Virus record (IMG/VR): IMGVR_UViG_3300034061_002572
Coordinates: 32,001 to 96,000 of that record
DNA length: 64,000 bases
From: a virus
Strand: one strand, 5' to 3'
Shown: in pieces, positions 41,517 to 49,394 of the stretch
How the letters are laid out: each line of letters begins with the position of its first letter
Position numbering within the stretch: the stretch's first letter is position 1
The notes under the pieces: generated by a model
What the model was told of the DNA's origin: nothing
What the model saw: only the letters and a program-made list of their open reading frames with translations
Database searches by the model: none
Position numbers and translations under genes: made by a program

Positions 41517-41939
41517 TTATTTCTTTTTGGTTTTTATAGAACCGCCTTTTTTATGTTTTTTATTTTTAGCTACTTCAGCTTCATAAGATTTTCTAGCTGG
41601 ATTACTCATATCTCTATATCCAGAATGATCACCTCTTCTAGAAGTCATAGCATCTTTTCTATATGGATTTGCAGTACCTGAATCACCAAAATCTTGACCA
41701 TAAGTAAGCTCATAAGCTTTTTTAAGTAATGGTTTATTTTCTGTAATTTTATTTGCCGCCCCCATCATTGTTGCACTTGTATCAGCAGCAGTTGCTCCTT
41801 TAGTTGTCATGTATGATTGGAAAGGGGTTTTAGTTCCACCTGGCTGAAACTTCTTCATTGACTTCTTTACAACACTTTGTCTAGCTTCATTAGCTTTTCT
41901 AAAGAATGTAACTGGATTTTCTTTATTAGTCTTTTTCAT
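41517..41939 (-). CDS. Small Lys-rich protein (start probably MKKTNK at 41939)
   Basis: KFQPGG and HKKGG motifs; the internal ATG abuts the upstream stop codon. Confidence 0.6.
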   Translation of the reverse strand: MKKTNKENPVTFFRKANEARQSVVKKSMKKFQPGGTKTPFQSYMTTKGATAADTSATMMGAANKITENKPLLKKAYELTYGQDFGDSGTANPYRKDAMTSRRGDHSGYRDMSNPARKSYEAEVAKNKKHKKGGSIKTKKK

Positions 41940-41940
41940 C

Positions 41941-42309
41941 TTATCTGTTTTTAGCAATTTTCTTAAAAGTCTTAGCAAGAGCTTTAGCTCTACCTGTACA
42001 ACCTGGTTTAGTTATTGGAGTACATTTACCGGCAGTACCTCTTCTCTTTATAGAAGCTGTAGCTTTCTGTATCCATTTCTTATCAGTAGCCCCTCCTTTT
42101 TTTGCCTGATATAATTTAGGTTCTGCTTTAGGCTCTTCTTTTATAATAGATGGTTTGTTAACTCCCCGAAGAACTCCTTTTAAAGTTCTTGTTTCTTTAA
42201 CTTTTTCATCTTCACCATACTTTTTGGTAATTTTAGTTTTATAATTACCATCTGGAGAATAATACTTTAACTTGGCTTCTTTTGGATTTTTAGGTTTCTT
42301 AGTTGCCAT
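41941..42309 (-). CDS. Small Lys-rich protein
   Basis: AKKGG followed by a KKWIQKA...ALAKTFKK module. Confidence 0.65.
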   Translation of the reverse strand: MATKKPKNPKEAKLKYYSPDGNYKTKITKKYGEDEKVKETRTLKGVLRGVNKPSIIKEEPKAEPKLYQAKKGGATDKKWIQKATASIKRRGTAGKCTPITKPGCTGRAKALAKTFKKIAKNR

Positions 42310-42311
42310 GA

Positions 42312-42926
42312 TTATTTCTTTTTAACAGAACCACCTTTTTTCTTAATAACTCCACGGCCTTTAAGAATATCTGCCTTAGTTACTTTACCATCACCTGTAA
42401 GATCTGGGAAACCACCTTTTTGAAACTTAGTTCTTGCAGGTTCTCTCTTACCTATAGCTGTATAACCTTGAGCTTCGGCAGATCTAATTTTACCTGGATA
42501 ACCTCTTTGTACATTTACAGAAGCACCAAATTTAGCTTTTGAAGTTTCTGCAGCTTTTTTCTTTTCTTTTTCTTTCTTAGCTTTTCTAGCTTTAACTTTA
42601 TCAGCAATTGCTTTTCCTGCAATACCTAAAGCTCCTAATATACCTGCACCAACTCCTAATTTAGCACTTCTTGTAGAAAGAGGTCCTTTATTGACTGAAG
42701 TCATTTCTTGACATCCTTGTATTGTCCAATAATATCCTGGAGGACAACCTTTAGATTTAGCTGAACCACCTTTTTTTAGGATTCGGCCTTGTTCAGATCT
42801 TGGGTTATTAGAATATCTTGGCATACCAACTAATCCAGTTGATCCACCATCTGCTATTTTTTTTATTTTTTTTACAGATCCTCCGGCTTTCATTTTGCCA
42901 CCACATCCAGTTTTACAAGTTTTCAT
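42312..42926 (-). CDS. Lys-rich modular protein
   Basis: Several xxxGG motifs; hydrophobic LGVGAGILGALGIAG; EF-hand-like DLTGDGKVTKAD. Confidence 0.65.
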   Translation of the reverse strand: MKTCKTGCGGKMKAGGSVKKIKKIADGGSTGLVGMPRYSNNPRSEQGRILKKGGSAKSKGCPPGYYWTIQGCQEMTSVNKGPLSTRSAKLGVGAGILGALGIAGKAIADKVKARKAKKEKEKKKAAETSKAKFGASVNVQRGYPGKIRSAEAQGYTAIGKREPARTKFQKGGFPDLTGDGKVTKADILKGRGVIKKKGGSVKKK

Positions 42927-42938
42927 TTTATATATATT

Positions 42939-43220
42939 TTAACAGTTCCATTTTCTTAAAGACTTATTGATCCTTGAGTTAGGATCATTAGCTGTCTTAG
43001 AGCTTGTTAGTTTTTTCTTCATACCTGACATTCTACTACAGAAGCTTTTTCTTCTTTTAGCAGATTTGCTATCAGGATCAAGCTTAGAAGGTTTTGTAGT
43101 TACAGCTGTCTTAAGTTTACTACCAGGATTAGCTTTTCTATAACTAGCTACTCCTTTAGCATTAAGACCACCTGTCTTATTTTTACCTTCAGATCTTGTC
43201 CAAGCAGGTGACTTTGCCAT
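42939..43220 (-). CDS. Small basic phage protein (DUF6321-like)
   Basis: GGLNAKG...RRKSFCSRM...SLRKWNC. Confidence 0.65.
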   Translation of the reverse strand: MAKSPAWTRSEGKNKTGGLNAKGVASYRKANPGSKLKTAVTTKPSKLDPDSKSAKRRKSFCSRMSGMKKKLTSSKTANDPNSRINKSLRKWNC

Positions 43221-43540
43221 TATCCTTTCTTTTTAGTAGTTGTTTTCTTAATAGGAAAACCATTTTTATCATAACCTGGTTTTCCTTTTTTAGATTGTCT
43301 ATTAATATCTTTACCAGCTTGTTTAGCTCTTTTAAAAGCTTGGTCAGAGTATTTTGGAGAATTCATATTACGTGCAGCTGACTCATAAGCTTCACGTTCA
43401 ACTTTTGTATAATAAGCAGTACTATCTGCTGGAGGTTTTACAGACATACCTTTTTGAGCTTTTGGTAAACTCTTAGGTTTTTTACCAGCTTTCTTCATTG
43501 AGATAGCTATTGCTGCTTGTTGTGCTTTACTTTTTGCCAT
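43220..43540 (-). CDS. Small Lys-rich protein
   Basis: KSKAQQAAIAISMKKAG and LPKAQKG. Confidence 0.65.
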   Translation of the reverse strand: MAKSKAQQAAIAISMKKAGKKPKSLPKAQKGMSVKPPADSTAYYTKVEREAYESAARNMNSPKYSDQAFKRAKQAGKDINRQSKKGKPGYDKNGFPIKKTTTKKKG

Positions 43541-43793
43541 TACCTTTTCCTTTATATTTATAATCCGGGTTATCCTTATGCCATTTCTTTGTAGCGGCTA
43601 CTCCTTGTTTAACAGTCTTAGCTCTACCTTTTGCAGTAAGATCTATTGTATCCCACTGACCTTTATCTTTGGTAGGATGGTTGACCATTATGTGGCCAAC
43701 CTTTCCTTCTCCTTTCTTAGTAGTCTTTTTGTATACTACATGCTTTTCACCACCGGCAGTAACTTTTACTTTCTTAGTCTTTGCCTGTGCCAT
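43527..43793 (-). CDS. Small basic protein
   Basis: Tightly packed ORF, Lys-rich. Confidence 0.6.
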   Translation of the reverse strand: MAQAKTKKVKVTAGGEKHVVYKKTTKKGEGKVGHIMVNHPTKDKGQWDTIDLTAKGRAKTVKQGVAATKKWHKDNPDYKYKGKGNGKK

Positions 43794-43795
43794 GA

Positions 43796-44038
43796 TTAAA
43801 TCTTTTTACCAGCAGCAATGCTGTTAAATTCTTTTGCCTTTTCAGCAGCCATCTTTTTTACATCATTCATAAGCTTAGCATTCTTCTGAATCTCAGCAGC
43901 TCTTTGTAATGTAGACATAGCAGATTCAATTTCCCACTTTCTCATGTCTGCTTTGCTACCACCTAAAATAGAAATACCAACTGAAGAAGATTTCTTAGCT
44001 GGTGTTGATTTTCTAGTTGTTGTTTTTTTAATTGCCAT
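43796..44038 (-). CDS. Small basic protein
   Basis: WEIESAMSTLQRAAEI helical core, K/S/T-rich N-terminus. Confidence 0.6.
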   Translation of the reverse strand: MAIKKTTTRKSTPAKKSSSVGISILGGSKADMRKWEIESAMSTLQRAAEIQKNAKLMNDVKKMAAEKAKEFNSIAAGKKI

Positions 44039-44580
44039 TATTTTCTTTTTTTAGTTTTTACAACTCCACCTCTTTTTTGTTTACTAAAAATAGGACCTGG
44101 TTTAGAATAGTTACTTGTTCCAAAATAAGTACCATCACCTCCTGGTGCAAAACCTTTTTCTCTTTTAAATCTATTAACTTCTTTATTTTTATCAATTGCC
44201 TTACTATAGGTAGCCTCAGCTTTATCATATAAAGCATCGGCTTTTGCTTTATTTGAATTAACAACTTTTTGGGATCTTTGTAATTGATTAACAGCTTTTC
44301 TATTAGTTATATTTCTATCAATTCTTTTTCCAGCTAAAGAAACTTTATCAGAAAAAGATGGTTTAGTAGAAGATGATGTGCTTGTAGATGGTTTAGAAGT
44401 TTTTGGTTGCATTTCTTCATCATACTTATCTTTTAATTTTTTCCATCTATTCAAATTTGTATTAGGATTAGCCATTTTTTTTGCAATCCTATCTGCTTTG
44501 TTAGATCTAGCTGGTACAGTAATACCACTTTGTGCTTTAACTAATTTTTTAACTGGTTTCTTAGCTTTCATCTTATACAT
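44038..44580 (-). CDS. Lys-rich protein
   Basis: KAQSG at the N-terminus, QKRGG at the C-terminus, S/T linker. Confidence 0.6.
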   Translation of the reverse strand: MYKMKAKKPVKKLVKAQSGITVPARSNKADRIAKKMANPNTNLNRWKKLKDKYDEEMQPKTSKPSTSTSSSTKPSFSDKVSLAGKRIDRNITNRKAVNQLQRSQKVVNSNKAKADALYDKAEATYSKAIDKNKEVNRFKREKGFAPGGDGTYFGTSNYSKPGPIFSKQKRGGVVKTKKRK

Positions 44581-44911
44581 TTTTAACTCTTCTTCCCATT
44601 CCTACTCTAGACTTCTCAGCCTTTTTAGCAGCTAGTTTAGATGGAGTTAGTTCATACTTAGTTTTTGGTGTATCCTTAGATACCTTTCTTGTAGGCCGGC
44701 AGTATTCATTTTTACCACCGGCTCCACAAGGTTTTCCTGATTTAGTATCTTGCCACTTTTCTGCTTGCCATCTTTTGAGTTCAGAACCTTTTTTGGTTTT
44801 TCTCACAGTACCTGATCCTTTTCTACATTTAGCAATTGCTTGAGAAGCCCTTGCTGAAGGAAACACAGCATACTGTGCTTTTACTCTATGATAGCATGCA
44901 TCTTTTGGCAT
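44573..44911 (-). CDS. Small basic phage protein (DUF5872-like)
   Basis: KDACY...FPSA.AS...CRK, LKRW..EKW, CRP..VS..TPKT. Confidence 0.6.
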   Translation of the reverse strand: MPKDACYHRVKAQYAVFPSARASQAIAKCRKGSGTVRKTKKGSELKRWQAEKWQDTKSGKPCGAGGKNEYCRPTRKVSKDTPKTKYELTPSKLAAKKAEKSRVGMGRRVKNV

Positions 44912-44914
44912 AAC

Positions 44915-45274
44915 TTATCCTCTTCCAGGTGTAGCTTTTTTAGGAGCTTTACTTCTTGGTTTAGAAGGTTTCTTAGCTGTGTTAGAAGCAGCAGCTTTAG
45001 GATTAACACCTGATTTAACACCTTTACTACCAGCAACTTTACCTGCTTGTATTTTAGCATTAGGATTAACCATTCCACCAGTTTTGTATTTTACTCCAAT
45101 CTTTTTTCTATCTTCTGCAGACAACTGTGCTACTTGTTTCTTATACTTAGGATCATTTGGATTTTTTGGACAACCTTCTCCTCGGCATTTAGCATCCGGA
45201 TAAAATGCACCTTTGCTACTTACAGAAGGTCCATTAGATAGTCCACCTTTTTGCATTTTTTTCATTGTTTTCAT
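44915..45274 (-). CDS. Small Lys-rich protein
   Basis: MQKGG, YKTGG and an H1-like K/P/A tail. Confidence 0.65.
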   Translation of the reverse strand: MKTMKKMQKGGLSNGPSVSSKGAFYPDAKCRGEGCPKNPNDPKYKKQVAQLSAEDRKKIGVKYKTGGMVNPNAKIQAGKVAGSKGVKSGVNPKAAASNTAKKPSKPRSKAPKKATPGRG

Positions 45275-45286
45275 TTTATTTTAAAT

Positions 45287-46303
45287 TTAAGAATTCCAAA
45301 ATTTCTCACAGCTGTTGTTAAGATCTTTCAGAATGTCCTCATTTAAAGGGTTCTTCAAGAATTCTACAACATCTGAAACATTTCTTCCAAGTAAGCCACT
45401 TGACTTAGTATGGTAGATAAATCCATCTGCCTTATTTATAATATACTTAAAAAATACGGAATCACGAACAATTGATTTAATTTTTAGTGTTTCCATATCC
45501 ATATTTGCTGTTTCCATAAAGGATTTTGCAGCTCTTTCTTTGTTGGTCTCTCCACCTTCACCATTGATATATCTATCCATATTCTCATAAATAATATCCA
45601 ACGGTGTAGATTTTTTATATTGTGTACTATTTATATCTACAACTTTTGCAATGTAAAATAACTTAGTACTGTTTTTGTCAAATAATTTCTGAAGTTCAGA
45701 AAGTGCTTTGTTACGCATTTTCTTATACTCAGTTCTAACCATTACTGTTTCTTCTTCTTTGTCTAAGTAAAACTTAGGAGGAACAGCTTTTGATCTAGCA
45801 TCATCATAACTCTTAGCTACAATTGAAAATCCTCCAGCTTCAATAGCATAAAGTTTAACTCTGTCAAATGGGTCTTTAGGATCCAAGTACAAAGGTTCAT
45901 TACCACATGATATGCTTATCTTATTCCAAAAGTCAGCATTATCTGGTTTAAGTAATTTTACTTTATTCCAGAACTGTGGGTCATCTACCTCTATATAATT
46001 AGCTGCAAGCTCTCTTTCTAATTCTGCAACTGCAGTTCTTATTTGAAAGATTCTTGCTTCTTTCTCATCTTTAGGGAGATGATTAATCTCCGGTGAGAAT
46101 TCATTTAGTCCTGTGATGTATCTTATTACACCATTTACTTCTAAACAAGCTAGTTGTTCATTGTGTGTAACTCCATCAAATAGAGTCATACCATATTCTT
46201 CTAATCCCATGTTAGAAGTTCTACTGTCAAAGAACGGTCTGATAGCAATTGCCGTCTTTCTTACTGAGCCCTTACCGGTCTCAACCATTGTGAAATTTTC
46301 CAT
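45287..46303 (-). CDS. Conserved protein downstream of the major capsid protein
   Basis: 338 aa; position after the MCP terminator as in crAss-like head modules. Confidence 0.55.
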   Translation of the reverse strand: MENFTMVETGKGSVRKTAIAIRPFFDSRTSNMGLEEYGMTLFDGVTHNEQLACLEVNGVIRYITGLNEFSPEINHLPKDEKEARIFQIRTAVAELERELAANYIEVDDPQFWNKVKLLKPDNADFWNKISISCGNEPLYLDPKDPFDRVKLYAIEAGGFSIVAKSYDDARSKAVPPKFYLDKEEETVMVRTEYKKMRNKALSELQKLFDKNSTKLFYIAKVVDINSTQYKKSTPLDIIYENMDRYINGEGGETNKERAAKSFMETANMDMETLKIKSIVRDSVFFKYIINKADGFIYHTKSSGLLGRNVSDVVEFLKNPLNEDILKDLNNSCEKFWNS

Positions 46304-46348
46304 TGTTGTTGGTTTTTATTTGTTGGTTAAATTTAATACTTTTTAATT

Positions 46349-46374
46349 AAAAAAGGGAGGAGTTTCCCCCTCCC
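46349..46374 (-). terminator. Rho-independent terminator after MCP
   Basis: GGGAGGGG-GAAA-CTCCTCCC followed by TTTTTT. Confidence 0.85.
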
Positions 46375-46394
46375 CGTTTTTTATAGTGTCCTGG

Positions 46395-48014
46395 TTAGAA
46401 TGATCCACCAGTAATTGGATTTCTCATAACAATCTTAAGGACTTTAGTTGGATCCTTAACCCAGATAGCTGGCATTGTTTGAGACATCATAACACGGTAC
46501 CCATTAAATTGTCCAGAAGACTGGAATCCTTGTGTACGTCCCATGTAGTCCATAGTACCATTTTGATACCACCATTTAAGTTGGTTGTCCCAAGACAATT
46601 TCAACAAGAAGATGTTATCATTTGTATTATCAGTAATGTCAAAGATAATAAAGCTATAAGAGCTTAATGGGAAACCATCAATGATTGGGTTCTCAATGTC
46701 ATTTGTATGAATATTGTCAAATGCTGGGTTAAGAACAAACTTAACATTCGCCAAGAATGGGATTACATATGAAGTATATGCAAATCCAAAGTTCAAGTCC
46801 ATACCTTTACCAGTGATAGCACCAATATCAGCAGCCTGAATCAAAAGACCTGAAGATACTGCTTCTCTTTTGATAGCTTCATTTACCATACGCATACCAC
46901 CCATACCTGTTTGTACAACTAGGCTACGTTTTGGATCTGGACCTTGGAACTCAACCTTACCATTGAAGAAGTTGTAGATTTCTCCACGGAACAAATCAAG
47001 TGTAAAGTTATTTTTATTGTATACTCTTTTAAAAGAGTTATCCAACTGTTTCCAAAGACCTACAGACAATCTTACATCATCTGGACCATCTTGACGAACT
47101 CTACCTCCATGTCCCCACATTAAGTAAGTCTCAATGTCAGTAGCAATTTTGCTCAAGTGAGCAGCTTCCATTGTAGTCAAGAAAGTTCTAGATAAATCAC
47201 CATTATCAAATGCACGTTTAACTTTATCTTTTCCAAGAACTTTAACCATATCATCTAATGATGTGATAGATGGATCAATGTTTTGGTCAAATGTTCTCCA
47301 GATCTCAGTTACAGGAACTGTACCATCTGCATTCATTCCACCTTTAATCATCAAGTCAGCACGGCTAGAGATTGAATAGTGAACATGAGCTTCAGCACCA
47401 CCAACAAAGTTATAGAACTCACGGAATCCTGTTCTTGTTTGGATGTCAGAAAATCTTTCACCATATTCTCCACGGGCAGAACCTTTACGGAAAACTTTAG
47501 TACCGTTAGCCAAGTACTTGTTATCTAAATATTTGTAGTTGTCATTGTCTACTAATTGTACTGTATAGATATATCCATCTCCTAAAGGAAGGATATCTTC
47601 TGAAGGTACAATGTACAATTCAGCCCCATTATATTTGTCATAAGTGATGATGTCACCATGACCAAATTCTCTACGGCTTAATTTAATGCGGAATGTAGTT
47701 CCATCCACACCTTTAAAGTTATTGTCTGGTTCAATATCCTCAATGATGTAAGGTAAGTCTACAGACACAGGAGTCTGCCACTTATACTCACCACGAGCAT
47801 TATCAACCATAATTACATTCTTGCCACCAAATGAAGACATTTGATAAAGCGGCATTTCAACTTTCTGAGCCATAGCCCATAAGTCAACTGGGCCTAAGTC
47901 CATAGGCTCAGCATCTTTCAGCATGTTAACCAAGTGGTAAGAATCCACATGGGAACTTGCGTTGTAAGCGGTATCCCGGAGGAATATACCATTGTTTAAA
48001 ACTGGAGTTGCCAT
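46395..48014 (-). CDS. Major capsid protein (crAss-like)
   Basis: 539 aa after portal and scaffold, followed by a terminator; SVGLWKQL, VQTGMGGM, IWVKDPTK. Confidence 0.85.
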   Translation of the reverse strand: MATPVLNNGIFLRDTAYNASSHVDSYHLVNMLKDAEPMDLGPVDLWAMAQKVEMPLYQMSSFGGKNVIMVDNARGEYKWQTPVSVDLPYIIEDIEPDNNFKGVDGTTFRIKLSRREFGHGDIITYDKYNGAELYIVPSEDILPLGDGYIYTVQLVDNDNYKYLDNKYLANGTKVFRKGSARGEYGERFSDIQTRTGFREFYNFVGGAEAHVHYSISSRADLMIKGGMNADGTVPVTEIWRTFDQNIDPSITSLDDMVKVLGKDKVKRAFDNGDLSRTFLTTMEAAHLSKIATDIETYLMWGHGGRVRQDGPDDVRLSVGLWKQLDNSFKRVYNKNNFTLDLFRGEIYNFFNGKVEFQGPDPKRSLVVQTGMGGMRMVNEAIKREAVSSGLLIQAADIGAITGKGMDLNFGFAYTSYVIPFLANVKFVLNPAFDNIHTNDIENPIIDGFPLSSYSFIIFDITDNTNDNIFLLKLSWDNQLKWWYQNGTMDYMGRTQGFQSSGQFNGYRVMMSQTMPAIWVKDPTKVLKIVMRNPITGGSF

Positions 48015-48041
48015 TTTTATATGTATTTAAATTGTTACTAA

Positions 48042-49307
48042 TTAAAATCTCTTGAACATGTTAGGTCTTGAGATTGTCTTTTGTGTTGATCTTTGAGGAG
48101 AAGCTGTTCTTCTAGTTTCTTCCTCTTCAGATGTTGAAGATGCAAGTTTTCTTGACTCTTCAGTTTTTAATTGTCTTACTACTTTCTCAGTAGCTGCTTT
48201 AGATCCCTGCTCTCTTACTTTGTTTTTGTATCCATCTGGATCTGCAAGTAACCAAAGAGCTTCAGCAATAAGATCATGTCTTGGTTCTACAAACTGATAT
48301 TTTTCTATCAAGTGTCCAAACAAGTTTGTAGGTTTACCAGAAATTGAAGGGTAGTTAGGTTGAACTAATCCGGAGTATAACATACTCTGCATTTTTTTGT
48401 CAAGTTTTACACCTCCTAGTTCTCCAGCAGATAGAGTGTTGAATACATTATCTGTATATGCTTTAGCTTGTTTTGCCTGCATTTCTTTTTTCTGCTCTTG
48501 TTCTGCTAGTTGTCTTGCAACAATTTCTTCTTGCATTCTATCTAACTTTGGTTTGAATTGGTTAGCTTTTTGTTCTAACTTATTCATGTCTACCCAGTCA
48601 TTGATTTCTTCTTCAATTTCTTCAGGTGTTCCAAAGTTTGTAGCATAAAGATATTGTCTTGCAATTTCTGCTTGATCATACTCATCAGCCGGATCTAGTT
48701 CTCTTATTTCCTCAACATGGGCTAAGGTTCTAAATAAGCCTTTAAGATCTTGTCCGCCATCTGCTACATATTTAGCAGCATATTGGAGTTCTTCAGGAAG
48801 AGATTGAAAAAACTCTTTTGGAGTATTTTCTCTAATTGCATTTTCTCTTTCTTGAAAGTTAGCTTCAAATAGTTCTCTAAAATCTTTTGTTGTATACTCC
48901 TCTAAAGGTTTATCGTCATCAAAAGGAATTAGAGTACCTTCCTCAATCATTTTAGTTGCTAACTCAGCAAGACCTGATTTATCAACTTTTGGTCTTCCTT
49001 TATTGCCAGCATCTTCTTCTTGAGAAATTAAGCCATCAAGTTCAGCTATTGTTTCTTCAACTTCTGCTTTTTTTTCTGCTTCCTCTTTCTTTTCAGTAGG
49101 AGTAGCAGTATTGTCAAGGAACGTAGTGTCTACATTTTCTTTAGAAAACATAGACTTTGGTTTTTCTTCTGTCTTACCATCTTCAGGAAGCATTACACTT
49201 TCTGCACCCGGCATTCCAAAGATCTCATCAATATTAACTTCAACTTGCTCTACCTTTGTAGTATCAAGTACCTGGGTTTCCCCAGTTGCTTTGTTGGTTT
49301 CTTCCAT
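48042..49307 (-). CDS. Acidic coiled-coil protein, putative scaffold (start probably MEETNK at 49307)
   Basis: Very E/D-rich and helical; between portal and MCP; the ORF-track start at 49331 overlaps the promoter motif. Confidence 0.6.
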   Translation of the reverse strand: MEETNKATGETQVLDTTKVEQVEVNIDEIFGMPGAESVMLPEDGKTEEKPKSMFSKENVDTTFLDNTATPTEKKEEAEKKAEVEETIAELDGLISQEEDAGNKGRPKVDKSGLAELATKMIEEGTLIPFDDDKPLEEYTTKDFRELFEANFQERENAIRENTPKEFFQSLPEELQYAAKYVADGGQDLKGLFRTLAHVEEIRELDPADEYDQAEIARQYLYATNFGTPEEIEEEINDWVDMNKLEQKANQFKPKLDRMQEEIVARQLAEQEQKKEMQAKQAKAYTDNVFNTLSAGELGGVKLDKKMQSMLYSGLVQPNYPSISGKPTNLFGHLIEKYQFVEPRHDLIAEALWLLADPDGYKNKVREQGSKAATEKVVRQLKTEESRKLASSTSEEEETRRTASPQRSTQKTISRPNMFKRF

Positions 49308-49394
49308 TGTTGTTGGTTTTTGGTTATACATTAATATAATAATAAATTTTAAAAATTTAAAGCTTTATAATTCTTTTTATCTACTATATAGCTA

